Source: Patescibacteria group bacterium
GTDB taxonomy: Bacteria > Patescibacteriota > Minisyncoccia > Phycocordibacterales > Phycocordibacteraceae
Length of the DNA: 64,000 bases
Reading direction: 5' to 3'
Assembly (NCBI GenBank): GCA_038078715.1
Contig: JBBTSU010000005.1
Location: 3,048 to 67,047, forward strand
The notes under the pieces were generated by a model. It was not told the origin of the DNA. It did not search any database and was given only the letters and a program-made list of their open reading frames with translations. Shown here piece by piece: positions 28,497 to 38,765 of this stretch. The position numbers and the translations under genes were made by a program. Each line of letters begins with the position of its first letter. The first letter of the stretch is position 1.

Positions 28497-29436
28497 CGAT
28501 TTTAAATCAGCAATTGAAAAAGATCTGCGCGAGCGCGGACGTCGTCGCACTATTGCAGTAGTCGCGGGTCTTAGTATGGCAGGACTTCTTGCGGGAGGTA
28601 TTGCACTTACCCAATTCACCGGAACTGAACCAATGGCGGAAGTACCGGTAGAAGTCGTCCCCGTTGATTACTATCAGGGAGTTGCACTCACTGCACAAGC
28701 AGCGATTGTCTACGATCTTGCGAAAGGGGAAGTGCTCTACCAGAAGAATGCAGATGCACAGCTTCCCCTTGCTTCCCTCACGAAACTTCTAACAGTCTAC
28801 GCAGGTGCAGGTGCACTTGCACGTGATGCGACCGTGCCGATTACTTTTAATGCACTTGCAGAAGAAGGTGATAGTGGATTTGCATACGGAGACACCTTTA
28901 CCTTTGAAGATCTCGCACGCCTCACACTGGTGAGCTCCTCTAATGATGGAGCATCGGCGATTGCAGAAGCGGCAGGACAGGCATACGCTTCCTCTGATTC
29001 CTCACTTCTTGCCTCTGCTGCACAGTCTGCGGGACTTTCACAGACCTATGCAGTGAATGGTACGGGGCTGGATGAAAGCGGAAGTGTATCTGGAGGGTAT
29101 GGGTCGGCCCATGATGTTGCTATTCTTTCCGGCGCACTACTTTCTGCAGCACCAGATCTTGCCCAGGCAACTACCGAATCTTTTATTTCTATAACCTCAC
29201 GCGAGGGGAAGACCTTCACCGAAAAGAACACCAACCAGGAGATTCCCGCGTTCCCGGGCGCGCTTCTTTCAAAGACTGGTTTTACTGATCTTGCAGGAGG
29301 AAATCTTACCGTCGTGTATGACGCAGGGATTAATCATCCCATTGCCATTGTGGTGCTTGGCTCCACACGAGAAGGACGCTTTACGGACGTAGAGCGCCTT
29401 CTCTCGCATACACTCAATCGCTTTGCCGCCCTATGA
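28486..29436 (+). CDS. D-alanyl-D-alanine carboxypeptidase (peptidase S11)
   Basis: TM anchor, SxxK (ASLTK), SxN (SSN), KTG. Confidence 0.92.
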   Translation: METSDFKSAIEKDLRERGRRRTIAVVAGLSMAGLLAGGIALTQFTGTEPMAEVPVEVVPVDYYQGVALTAQAAIVYDLAKGEVLYQKNADAQLPLASLTKLLTVYAGAGALARDATVPITFNALAEEGDSGFAYGDTFTFEDLARLTLVSSSNDGASAIAEAAGQAYASSDSSLLASAAQSAGLSQTYAVNGTGLDESGSVSGGYGSAHDVAILSGALLSAAPDLAQATTESFISITSREGKTFTEKNTNQEIPAFPGALLSKTGFTDLAGGNLTVVYDAGINHPIAIVVLGSTREGRFTDVERLLSHTLNRFAAL

Positions 29437-30494
29437 TGCTTCTTGATGCCGCACGTGTCCTCCTCCCGTTCGTGATTGCCTTTGCGATTGGTATCTCTAT
29501 CGCACCGATTCTTACGCACTACCTTTTCAAATACAAAGCATGGAAGAAGAAGGGAGGAAAGGGGAAGGGGCTTGGTGATAGTCGGGGCACGCCACTCTTT
29601 GACGACTTGCATCGTGAGCGTGAGGTTTCTACTCCTCGCATGGGTGGCATTCTTATTTGGGCATCCACGATTATCACCGTCGTCTTCCTTTGGGTTATTG
29701 CTACTTTCTTTGGAGAACCATTTGCAGGATTTGATTTCGTGGATCGCGGACAAACCTGGCTTCCCCTTGTGGCGCTTTTGATTGGTGCGGGTATTGGACT
29801 CCTTGATGACTTTCTAGAGATCACCCAAAGCACAGGAGGATTGTCACTCAAGTGGCGACTTATGTTTGTCTCACTCTTTGGTATCGTCGCTGGTTGGTGG
29901 TTCTACGACAAGCTTGATGTGTCTGCGGTGGGGATTCCGTTTTTTGGTCCATTTGAGCTTGGACCTCTTTTCATACTCTTCTTCTGGTTTGTCACCATTG
30001 CCATTTATGCAAGTGGCGTCATAGATGGGATTGATGGGCTTGCGGGAGGTATCTTCGGCATCATCTTCCTTGCGTATGCGGGCATCGCCTTTGCACAGGA
30101 ACAAGTCGCCCTTGCCGCGTTTGCCTCAACCGTTGCCGGCGGCATCTTTGCATTCTTGTGGTTTAACGTACCGCCCGCACGTTTCTATATGTCAGAGACA
30201 GGGAGTATGGCACTCACGCTCGCACTTGCGGTGACTGCATTCTCTTCGGATGTACTGGGGGACGGAGTCGGTGTTGCGGTGCTTCCAATTATTGCGTTTC
30301 CACTTACCGCAACCGTACTCGCGAATGTACTTCAGGTGATCTCTAAGAAAGTGTTTAAAAAGAAACTCTTCCGCATTGCACCGATTCATCATCATTTTGA
30401 GACGATGGGCTGGCCACCGTACAAGGTCACTATGCGCTATTGGATCATCACGATTATTGCAGGTGTCTTTGGGCTCACGATCGCGCTTCTCTAG
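29433..30494 (+). CDS. mraY: Phospho-N-acetylmuramoyl-pentapeptide transferase
   Basis: TPRMGG, GLLDD, DGIDGLA, APIHHHFE. Confidence 0.95.
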   Translation: MMLLDAARVLLPFVIAFAIGISIAPILTHYLFKYKAWKKKGGKGKGLGDSRGTPLFDDLHREREVSTPRMGGILIWASTIITVVFLWVIATFFGEPFAGFDFVDRGQTWLPLVALLIGAGIGLLDDFLEITQSTGGLSLKWRLMFVSLFGIVAGWWFYDKLDVSAVGIPFFGPFELGPLFILFFWFVTIAIYASGVIDGIDGLAGGIFGIIFLAYAGIAFAQEQVALAAFASTVAGGIFAFLWFNVPPARFYMSETGSMALTLALAVTAFSSDVLGDGVGVAVLPIIAFPLTATVLANVLQVISKKVFKKKLFRIAPIHHHFETMGWPPYKVTMRYWIITIIAGVFGLTIALL

Positions 30495-30497
30495 ACT

Positions 30498-31616
30498 ATG
30501 TTTTTTACCAAATCAAGCTTCTCAGGTGATCGGGTGTTCGCGCTCATCGTCCTTGCACTTGTGGTAGGAGGGCTGGCAATGTTTTCATCTGCAGCGCTTG
30601 GTCTTCTTGCACGCCCTGATGGTTCTCCATGGCGTCTTGCACTCACGCAGCTTGTGTTGGGGCTTCTCCCTGGCATCATCGCACTGCTTGCACTTCGCTT
30701 TGCACGCCCTGACTGGATCCGAAAGGCAATCACTCCGTTTTATATCATTGCCATTCTTCTTACTGCCTCTGTCTTTATTCCTGGGATAGGACAAACGGTG
30801 AATGGTGCGACACGCTGGATTGATCTTGGATTTACGACCGTGCAGCCATCCGAGTTCCTTAAGATCGCTACCATCCTTATGATCGCGTCCTTTCTTGCTT
30901 CTGCAAAAGGGAAGTTGGGAAACATAATGACCGGCCTTGTACCGTTTGGGGTGATTGCCGGTATTCCCGCTCTTATTCTTCTTGCGCAGCCAAACACCTC
31001 TACAGTGCTTATCATTGGTGCAACTTCAGTTGCTCTCTATTTCATTGCCGGCGCACCATGGCGTGACTTTGCGATTATTGGACTTGGTGCGGTAGTAGGT
31101 CTCGCCATTCTCGTGTCCATGCGTCCGTATCTTATGGAGCGCGTTGCAACCTTCATAGATCCCTCTCGCGATCCACTTGCAAGTGGGTATCAGATTCAGC
31201 AGTCACTGATTGCGATAGGATCTGGTGGTGCACTTGGGCGTGGGTTCGGACAGAGTGCGCAGAAGTTTAACTATCTTCCTGAACCAGTCGGTGACTCCGT
31301 GTTCGCGGTGTTTGGTGAAGAGTTTGGATTCCTTGGAACCACCTTCATCGTCTTGTTGTTTGTTGCCTTTGCTGCGAGAGGAGTTGCGATTGCGGCGACT
31401 GCAGGCACTGCCTTTGGTGCCTATGCCGCAACTGGGCTCACCTTATTAATTACGTTCTCGGCATTCTTAAATATTGGTGCCATGCTGGGGATCTTCCCGC
31501 TCACGGGGCTTCCACTCCCGTTTGTGTCGCACGGGGGAAGTGCGCTCCTCGCCGCTCTTGCCTCGGTGGGTATTATTTTGAACGTAGCCGCACACCGAGC
31601 TAAGCAAAAAGCTTGA
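30498..31616 (+). CDS. ftsW: SEDS family peptidoglycan glycosyltransferase FtsW
   Basis: GATRWI, QPSEFLK, YQIQQSLIAIGSGG, TGLPLPFVSHGGS. Lies between mraY and murG. Confidence 0.9.
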   Translation: MFFTKSSFSGDRVFALIVLALVVGGLAMFSSAALGLLARPDGSPWRLALTQLVLGLLPGIIALLALRFARPDWIRKAITPFYIIAILLTASVFIPGIGQTVNGATRWIDLGFTTVQPSEFLKIATILMIASFLASAKGKLGNIMTGLVPFGVIAGIPALILLAQPNTSTVLIIGATSVALYFIAGAPWRDFAIIGLGAVVGLAILVSMRPYLMERVATFIDPSRDPLASGYQIQQSLIAIGSGGALGRGFGQSAQKFNYLPEPVGDSVFAVFGEEFGFLGTTFIVLLFVAFAARGVAIAATAGTAFGAYAATGLTLLITFSAFLNIGAMLGIFPLTGLPLPFVSHGGSALLAALASVGIILNVAAHRAKQKA

Positions 31617-31637
31617 GTGGTATAATCGCTCCTATCT

Positions 31638-32780
31638 ATGAAGGTCGTCTTTACCGGAGGGGGAACAGGAGGTCACTTCTATCCTATTGTTGCAATTGCG
31701 GAAGCAATTCGTGATGAAGTGCGTGATCGCCGACTCATTGCGCCGAAACTCTACTACATGGCGCCCTCTGCCTATGACATGGAGGCATTGTTTGAGAACG
31801 AGATTGTCTTTGTTGCCTGTCCAGCAGGAAAGGTGCGTCGCTATTTCTCCTTTCAAAACATCACCGATGGATTCCTTACCATCACGGGCACCATCTACGC
31901 ATTCTTGATGCTCCTTCGTTTGTATCCTGACGTCATTGTCTCTAAAGGAGGATATGCCAGTGTACCGACGGTGATTGCGGGCGCGATTCTTGGTATTCCG
32001 ATCATTATTCATGAGTCTGATGCAAAGCCAGGACGTGCCAATCTTTTTGCTGCACGTTTTGCACATCGTATTGCTGTTGCCTTTGAAAGTGCCGCTGCCT
32101 ACTTCCCCAAGAACATGCAAAAGAAAGTGGCACGCACGGGTATTCCGGTCCGCAAGGATTTGATGAAACTTGAGCGTGAAGGAGCCGCACAGTATTTGGA
32201 TCTGGATCCTGCGGCACCTACCATTCTCGTCATCGGAGGCTCTAGTGGTTCTCTTCGTATGAACGAAACTCTGCTTGCGGCACTTCCTGAGCTCGTGAAC
32301 GTCGGCAATGTGATTCATCAGACCGGAAAGGATCATTTCAAGAGTATGGAGAAGACAGCACCGGTTGCGCTTTCTGGGAACTCAAACGCCAGCCGCTATC
32401 ATCCATTCCCGTACCTTTCTACGCTTTCTATGCGCCGCGCTGCAGGCGCTGCGGATCTTGTGATCTCTCGTGCAGGTGCAACGGCTATTACTGAGATTGC
32501 CATCTGGGGTACGCCTGCCATTCTCATCCCTATTCCTGAAGAGATTAGCCACGACCAGCGCACCAATGCCTATTCCTACGCACACACGGGTGCCGCAACG
32601 GTGATTGAGGAGATCAACCTTACGCCGCATGTGCTTGTAAGCGAAGTGAAGCGCATCATTGAAAACCCTGAGCTTCGTATGCAGATGAAAGGGAAGAGTG
32701 CCGGATTTGCAAACTTAGATGCCGCAAAGATTATTGCAGAGGAAGTGCTCTCTATTGGACTGGCACACGAGAAGGTATGA
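31638..32780 (+). CDS. murG: UDP-GlcNAc lipid I transferase MurG
   Basis: GGGTGGH, KGGYAS, GGSSG, SRAGA, HDQRTNA. Confidence 0.96.
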   Translation: MKVVFTGGGTGGHFYPIVAIAEAIRDEVRDRRLIAPKLYYMAPSAYDMEALFENEIVFVACPAGKVRRYFSFQNITDGFLTITGTIYAFLMLLRLYPDVIVSKGGYASVPTVIAGAILGIPIIIHESDAKPGRANLFAARFAHRIAVAFESAAAYFPKNMQKKVARTGIPVRKDLMKLEREGAAQYLDLDPAAPTILVIGGSSGSLRMNETLLAALPELVNVGNVIHQTGKDHFKSMEKTAPVALSGNSNASRYHPFPYLSTLSMRRAAGAADLVISRAGATAITEIAIWGTPAILIPIPEEISHDQRTNAYSYAHTGAATVIEEINLTPHVLVSEVKRIIENPELRMQMKGKSAGFANLDAAKIIAEEVLSIGLAHEKV

Positions 32781-34195
32781 GTAAGGTCGTCACACGATTT
32801 GCACCGAGTCCTACCGGCTTCATGCACGTGGGTGGCGTGCGCACTGCACTCTTTGCATGGCTTCATGCACGAAAGAATGGAGGGAAGTTTATTCTCCGCA
32901 TTGAAGACACGGACAAGGCACGCGAAGTAGAGGGATCTATCGCACACATCATTGAGTCACTGAAGTGGCTCGGCATTGAGTGGGATGAAGGCCCTGACAT
33001 TAGTGGACCACATGCACCCTATCTTCAGTCAGATCGTCTTGAGACCTACAAAGAATACGCACGGAAACTCATAGAAAAGGGGTACGCCTACTCTGATCCA
33101 TTTACCGAGGAACAGGTAGAAGAGTGGCGGAAACAGGCAGAAGCAGAGAAGCGTCCATTCTTGTTCCGTGAACATCGTCCGGAGTCCACAGAACCATGGG
33201 ATGGAAAGCGTCCACTTAGATTCAAAGTACCTGAAGTGAAGCGCTATGAGTGGGAGGATCTTGCATGGGGAAGTTTATCCGCTGGAGAAGAGGCACTTGA
33301 TGATTTCATTCTCATTAAGGGAGACGGATACCCCACGTACAATTTCGCGCACATTGTGGACGATCTTTTAATGGAAGTGACGCACATTGTACGTGGTCAG
33401 GAATTCATTTCTTCTACGCCAAAGTTCCTTTCGTTGTATGACGCGCTTGGCATAGAACGCCCGCATTTTGCGACCATGCCCGTTATTCTTGGAGACGCAG
33501 GTACGAAAAAACTTGGAAAGCGTGATGGTGCGAAAGATATTCTTGAATACCGTGACGAAGGATATCTCCCAGAAGCAATGGTGAATTTTCTTGCACTTCT
33601 CGGATGGCATCCAGAAAGTGGTTCAGAGATTTTGTCTCGCGAGGATCTTTTAGAATCCTTTGATCTCTCTCGCGTACAGAAAGGCGGTGCACGTTTTGAT
33701 GAAGAGAAGCTGCTCCATATCAATCGTGAATGGATGCGGAAACTGTCTCCAGAAGACTATATAACAACGGGAAATCTCTCTGGTTCACACCCTGAGCGGC
33801 TCTTGAAGATAGTGCCTATTTTGAAGGAGCGTGCCCAAACCTTTAAGGAGGCTCGGAAGATGCTTACTGGGGAACTGTCCTGCCTTTTTGAGGCTCCTAC
33901 GCTTGATACAGGCCTTCTTTCGGGCAAGGAGGGCGAAGGGCAACCTGGCACTACAAAATGCCATCTAGAGGCCATAAAAGGCCTTGTAGAGGGGCTTCGT
34001 GAAGGAGCTGATCCTGAGGCCGTAAAGGCCGTGCTTATGCCGTATGCTGATGAAAAGGGAAGGGCTGCTGTCCTCTGGCCAACTCGCTATGCGCTCTCTG
34101 GTGCGGAACGCTCTCCAGATCCATTTACACTCATCTCTGTACTCGGAAAAGAAGAAACACTCTTACGTCTCACTGCCGCAATTGATATACTGTAA
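32777..34195 (+). CDS. gltX: Glutamyl-tRNA synthetase
   Basis: RFAPSPTG.MHVGG, RIEDTD, KLGKR. Confidence 0.96.
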   Translation: MSKVVTRFAPSPTGFMHVGGVRTALFAWLHARKNGGKFILRIEDTDKAREVEGSIAHIIESLKWLGIEWDEGPDISGPHAPYLQSDRLETYKEYARKLIEKGYAYSDPFTEEQVEEWRKQAEAEKRPFLFREHRPESTEPWDGKRPLRFKVPEVKRYEWEDLAWGSLSAGEEALDDFILIKGDGYPTYNFAHIVDDLLMEVTHIVRGQEFISSTPKFLSLYDALGIERPHFATMPVILGDAGTKKLGKRDGAKDILEYRDEGYLPEAMVNFLALLGWHPESGSEILSREDLLESFDLSRVQKGGARFDEEKLLHINREWMRKLSPEDYITTGNLSGSHPERLLKIVPILKERAQTFKEARKMLTGELSCLFEAPTLDTGLLSGKEGEGQPGTTKCHLEAIKGLVEGLREGADPEAVKAVLMPYADEKGRAAVLWPTRYALSGAERSPDPFTLISVLGKEETLLRLTAAIDIL

Positions 34196-34198
34196 CCA

Positions 34199-35533
34199 AT
34201 GAACGGACGTTCTTTGGTATACGGACTTGTCGCCCTGCTTGCACTGGCATCATTGCCGATCGGTGCCACTGCGCAATCCGCCTCAGATCTTAAAGAGCAG
34301 ATAGAAGACATCAATCGTCGTCGTGCGGCAATTGACGCAGAGATTGCGGGGTACCAAAAGGAACTAAACGTACTCTCAGGAGAGAAGCAAACTCTTCAGT
34401 CAGCAATTAAAACCCTGGATGTCTCTCGCTCACAGACAGCTTCTCAGATCCGCTCTACTGAAAACAAAATTGAGTCTGCAAACCTCAAGCTTCAAGAGTT
34501 AGCGTATGAAATTGCAGATAAAGAAACATTGATAGCCATAGATCGTGCGACCGTCGCGCAATCCATTCGGACGATGGCACAGATGGACGATCTCTCTACC
34601 TTTGAATATCTTCTTTCCTCCACTGATCTTTCTGACGCATGGCACGCAGTGGATGCGGCAACCAGTGTGAATGAAGCGCTTCGCACACATGCACGTGCAC
34701 TTTCAGAAACCAAGCAAGTCTTGAACGTACAGCATGAGGAAGTGGGTGCTACTAAGAAAGATCTTTCCTCACTTTCCGTGGATTTGAATACCCAGAAGAA
34801 GACGCTTGATGTGAACCGACAGAGCAAACAGTCACTTCTTTCACAAACACAAAGTGAAGAGGCGGCGTATCAGGAATTGATTGCAAAAAAACGTGCAGAG
34901 CAGGCACTCTTTGAGTCTGAGCTTGATCGCTTGGAACAGCAGCTCACCGGGAGTGTGGACTCCTCACGTATTCCATCTGCAGGCTCTGGTGTGCTTGCGT
35001 GGCCGTTCTCTTCTACCTACATGAGTAACTGTTCGGGTAAGTCTAGTGTGCTCGGAAACGTATACTGCATCACACAGTACTTCGGTAACACGGCATTCTC
35101 AACGGCAAATCCTCAGATCTACAACGGCGCAGGACATAACGCGGTCGACTTCAGTGCGCCCACTGGCACCGCATTGCAAGCGGCACTTTCTGGAACTATT
35201 ACCGATACAGGTAACACCGATTCTGTACCTGGGTGTTACTCATTCGGTAAATGGGTGTTGATCAAACACGCAAACGGTCTCTCTACTCTTTACGCACACT
35301 TGTCATCTATAGCGGTGTCGGCAGGGCAGTCGGTCTCGACTGGACAGGTCATCGGGTACTCCGGCATGACCGGGTACGCCACTGGTCCGCACCTTCACTT
35401 CGGTGTGTATGCATCTGAAGCAGTGCAGGTGATGACCCTTGCGCAGTTCAGAGGCGCCACGAGCGCGTGTGCGAACGCAAAGATGCCGGTCGCACCACGC
35501 GAAGCCTACCTAAATCCAATGTCCTACCTCTAA
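34199..35533 (+). CDS. Secreted coiled-coil M23 peptidase (EnvC/CwlO-like architecture)
   Basis: Signal peptide, long coiled coil, HNAVD and TGPHLHF. Confidence 0.9.
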   Translation: MNGRSLVYGLVALLALASLPIGATAQSASDLKEQIEDINRRRAAIDAEIAGYQKELNVLSGEKQTLQSAIKTLDVSRSQTASQIRSTENKIESANLKLQELAYEIADKETLIAIDRATVAQSIRTMAQMDDLSTFEYLLSSTDLSDAWHAVDAATSVNEALRTHARALSETKQVLNVQHEEVGATKKDLSSLSVDLNTQKKTLDVNRQSKQSLLSQTQSEEAAYQELIAKKRAEQALFESELDRLEQQLTGSVDSSRIPSAGSGVLAWPFSSTYMSNCSGKSSVLGNVYCITQYFGNTAFSTANPQIYNGAGHNAVDFSAPTGTALQAALSGTITDTGNTDSVPGCYSFGKWVLIKHANGLSTLYAHLSSIAVSAGQSVSTGQVIGYSGMTGYATGPHLHFGVYASEAVQVMTLAQFRGATSACANAKMPVAPREAYLNPMSYL

Positions 35534-35635
35534 TTCACATATATACGTTCTCAACTATTCTATGTGCGCTCGTAATTGATACTTCTCGTAACCGGAGTAT
35601 CATTATAGAAAGGTTATTACTAACTTCCACTCTCC

Positions 35636-36055
35636 ATGGCACCAAAAAAGAAAGTTGTCCGCAAAAAGCCAGGTACAACGGGACATGGAAAGTTTTACCG
35701 CATTGAGATTCGTCCCGATCAGAAATTCACGTCGTATCGCATGCAGGATGTGGGAAAGAAAGGTGGCCTTGAGCGCCTTGCAGGACGTCGTAGCAGCGGC
35801 AGCTGGGCAACGGTAAGTTGGTTGATTGCGAAGAAGAATGCGCATGTATCGGGGAAAACGCTCTTCATTGATAATGCCAAGGAACGTGCCGCACTCAAGA
35901 AAGCGCTTCGTGGACCTATCACGCATATAAAGGGTGATGTGTTCCGTGTACACCCTGTAAAGAATGTGCCGGAGAAGGCAAAGCCCACTCCTGCCATGAA
36001 GCGCGCGCAGAAGGCCAATATCAAGAAGGCGCAAGCTGCTAAAAAACGTACATAA
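35636..36055 (+). CDS. Highly basic hypothetical protein
   Basis: Lys/Arg-rich 139-aa ORF, first gene of a tightly packed four-gene run. Confidence 0.8.
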   Translation: MAPKKKVVRKKPGTTGHGKFYRIEIRPDQKFTSYRMQDVGKKGGLERLAGRRSSGSWATVSWLIAKKNAHVSGKTLFIDNAKERAALKKALRGPITHIKGDVFRVHPVKNVPEKAKPTPAMKRAQKANIKKAQAAKKRT

Positions 36056-36057
36056 GT

Positions 36058-36462
36058 ATGAAAGGTTTCGTCACCAACATTGAGGAAGCAACTCTCGCCA
36101 ACACGAACTTCCGTCAAGTACTCTATACCGCAAAACACTCACAACTCGTGGTTATGTGCATTCCTGACGGTGAAGACATTGGAGAAGAGGTGCACGACGT
36201 GGATCAATTCATTCGTCTTGAGAAGGGAGAGGCTCAAAGCATTTTGAACGGAGTAGAACGAGATTTGACCGACGGTTCCGTCGTCATTATCCCTGCAGGA
36301 GTACGACACAACATAAAGAACACCGGGAAGGGTGATTTGAAGCTCTACACACTCTATGCCCCCTCGCACCACAAAGATGCGACAATACATAGGATCAAAG
36401 AAGATGCCCTCCAGGACGAGGAGCACTTCGATGGGGTAACGACTGACGACCTTTCTTCATGA
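36058..36462 (+). CDS. Cupin domain protein
   Basis: IGEEVHDVDQF..IPAGVRHNIKN..LKLYTLYAP. Confidence 0.9.
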   Translation: MKGFVTNIEEATLANTNFRQVLYTAKHSQLVVMCIPDGEDIGEEVHDVDQFIRLEKGEAQSILNGVERDLTDGSVVIIPAGVRHNIKNTGKGDLKLYTLYAPSHHKDATIHRIKEDALQDEEHFDGVTTDDLSS

Positions 36463-36923
36463 AATTGAACCACCTCTTGATTCCGTATCTCGCGCTTCTT
36501 ATTGTGATCTTTGGAAGCGTCATCACCGGTGGCGGTGTGGCCTGGTATCAGACGCTCACACTTCCAGTGTGGCATCCATCTGAAACTCTTATCGGTGCAA
36601 TCTGGATTACCATTTATATCGGTGCAGCGTGGTCCCTGCTTGTCGTCTGGAACACCATGCCACGAGACACCCGCTTCAAGTGGATCATGGGCGGATTTAC
36701 CTTGAGCACGCTCATTAACCTTGTGTGGAGTGTTGTGTTTTTCCACCTGCATGTGCTTCCTGCAGCAGTGTGGTGTGCGGTTGCACTTGGCATCTCCATG
36801 CTTGGGCTTATGGCACTCATCTTCCCGAAGTCTAAGAAGGCGGCACTTCTCCTGGCACCGTACACCATCTGGGTGTTCTATGCGGCGTACCTTAACTACA
36901 CCGTGTATCTTTTGAACGTCTAA
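36459..36923 (+). CDS. tspO: TspO/MBR family protein
   Basis: WYQTLTLPVWHP..IW..NLVWSVVFF..LLAPYTIWV.YA.YLN. Confidence 0.9.
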   Translation: MKLNHLLIPYLALLIVIFGSVITGGGVAWYQTLTLPVWHPSETLIGAIWITIYIGAAWSLLVVWNTMPRDTRFKWIMGGFTLSTLINLVWSVVFFHLHVLPAAVWCAVALGISMLGLMALIFPKSKKAALLLAPYTIWVFYAAYLNYTVYLLNV

Positions 36924-36924
36924 T

Positions 36925-37347
36925 ATGTGGATGCTTCTTGCAGCGGGTTCAGCAGTTGCCGCAGCCTTTGTTGCTATCTTTGGAAAGATAGGACTTAAGG
37001 AGGTAGACCCAACCCTCGCCACCATCGTACGCGGGGTCATCATGGCCGTCATCTTGGTCATCTCAGGCTTCTTGTTTGGGAAGTGGAATGGGTTTGATCC
37101 TGCTTCCTGGAGTGGAAAGGCCTGGCTCTTTATTGTGCTTGCCGCACTTGCCGGTGCCGCTTCCTGGATTCTTTACTTCATGGCACTTAAGGCAGGGCCT
37201 GCAGGTTCGGTTGCCGTGATAGATAAACTCAGCGTCGTGATTGTCATTATCGCTGCGGCGATATTTCTTGGAGAAGCGCTCACGTGGAAGAGTATGCTCG
37301 GTGTCGTGCTCACGGTTATTGGTACCGTTCTAATTGTTCTTAAATGA
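36925..37347 (+). CDS. Single-domain EamA family transporter
   Basis: AIFGKIGLKEVDPTLAT..SWILYFMALK..IDKLS. Confidence 0.88.
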   Translation: MWMLLAAGSAVAAAFVAIFGKIGLKEVDPTLATIVRGVIMAVILVISGFLFGKWNGFDPASWSGKAWLFIVLAALAGAASWILYFMALKAGPAGSVAVIDKLSVVIVIIAAAIFLGEALTWKSMLGVVLTVIGTVLIVLK

Positions 37348-37959
37348 GTCTCGGCTTCGCCAGAGGACGCGGCAGGCGAGTGTGCGATACGGCGACCATT
37401 TGAGTGCAATCATTTCTAGTTTTTTCACAGAAGTTCCACGCTTGAGTCCATAGAGTGTCTCCATACTTCGCACGAGTCCAAGGTCTCGTGGAGAAAAGAT
37501 GTCCGGGTGTCCTGCAGCAAACATCAAAAACATCTCGCAGGTCCAAGGACCAATACCCCAGATGACGGTAAGACGTTCGGTTGCTTCTTCTTTTGTGGCG
37601 CGAGCAAGTGTAGAGAGATCCAGTCCATTCTTTACGGCCTTTGCAAGTTCTTTAAGTGTCTTTGCTTTTGCCGCAGAAAGACCAGCCGCACGTAAGCGGG
37701 GGAGTCGCGTCTTTGAAATAGTCTCAGGGGTTACTTTCCCGCCGCAGGTTTTCCGCACCCGTTCCCAAATACTATCTGCCGCTTTGGTCGCAAGCTGCTG
37801 ACTGACGACTGAACTTGCGAGTGCAGAAAAAAGCGTAGAGTTCCCAACGCGTCGTTTCCGCTTCTCGGCAAGACTAGACCTGAAGGGAAGTGCTGCCGTG
37901 TACAAGACGGGATCACTCTCCTTCCAGTGTGTAAGTGCAGCGGTCACCTGTGGATCCAT
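37330..37959 (-). CDS. DNA-3-methyladenine glycosylase II (AlkA-like, HhH-GPD)
   Basis: VVSQQL, GIGPWT.EMFLMF, DLG, WSPYR. Confidence 0.9.
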   Translation of the reverse strand: MDPQVTAALTHWKESDPVLYTAALPFRSSLAEKRKRRVGNSTLFSALASSVVSQQLATKAADSIWERVRKTCGGKVTPETISKTRLPRLRAAGLSAAKAKTLKELAKAVKNGLDLSTLARATKEEATERLTVIWGIGPWTCEMFLMFAAGHPDIFSPRDLGLVRSMETLYGLKRGTSVKKLEMIALKWSPYRTLACRVLWRSRDSFKNN

Positions 37960-38021
37960 TGGTCCTAGGCTATACCCAGAGGCACCTTCCCGCCACCCCC
38001 GAGGACGGCTATAATCCTCTC

Positions 38022-38216
38022 ATGACACGTCTTATCATCTGGATCATTGTGGGTCTTCTCGCCCTCTCGTTTTTCGGCATTTCGCTTCGTGGCCTCGTAG
38101 ACAGCCCAACCAATCAGGACAATGTCTCCTTCCTTACCCAAATGTTAAATGCAGGGTGGGACATGATCTCTACATGGGTTGAAGACCTTTGGGACTCTAT
38201 TCGTAATCTCTGGTAG
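38022..38216 (+). CDS. Small membrane protein, 64 aa
   Basis: TATAAT 6 nt before the ATG, N-terminal TM helix, amphipathic Trp-rich C-terminus. Confidence 0.7.
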   Translation: MTRLIIWIIVGLLALSFFGISLRGLVDSPTNQDNVSFLTQMLNAGWDMISTWVEDLWDSIRNLW

Positions 38217-38219
38217 CGC

Positions 38220-38477
38220 ATGGACGAGGAAAAGAAGAAAGTGACTATTCGCATTCCCGAGGACGCTCGTCCGAACTTCTCTAATGTAGCGCAGGTGAAT
38301 GTGTCAGATGACTCAGTGGTCATGCAGTTTGCCTTTGTGCGCCCCAATACCACCCAGGGCCAGCTGGTTGCCGAGGTTGTGTTGTCCCCAAAGCACGCTA
38401 TAGAGTTCAATCGCGCTCTTGATTCCACTATTAAGAAGCACTTCACACGACATCTTGGAGAGGCTCAGGGCTCATAA
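38220..38477 (+). CDS. DUF3467-like small protein
   Basis: FSNVAQV....VVMQFAF.....VVLSPKHA pattern. Confidence 0.7.
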   Translation: MDEEKKKVTIRIPEDARPNFSNVAQVNVSDDSVVMQFAFVRPNTTQGQLVAEVVLSPKHAIEFNRALDSTIKKHFTRHLGEAQGS

Positions 38478-38737
38478 CATATCCATCAAAAATCAATTCA
38501 TACGTCGGTTTTTTCAATCTCTTTTAAAATCTCGGCAAAAAGAGCCTGAAGGGAAGTAGCTGTTTAAATCATATAGTGTGCCGTTTTTTATCTCGGACAC
38601 CAAGATCAGGGAAGTATAGATCTCAGATAGTAATTAAATGCCACTATACGACGCAAATTTGCCGTATACGAGTGGGAAGAAGAAGGTTGCGAGGGAAAGG
38701 GAGGGCCTGGCTATTGAGCCTCTTTCGCCCTAGGCGT

Positions 38738-38765
38738 ACTTCGCAAAAGATATATTGTGCGAAGT
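38738..38765. other. Putative dif site (Xer chromosome-dimer resolution site)
   Basis: ACTTCGCAAAA-GATATA-TTGTGCGAAGT, 11-6-11 layout, in the largest intergenic gap and at the gene-orientation switch. Confidence 0.75.
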
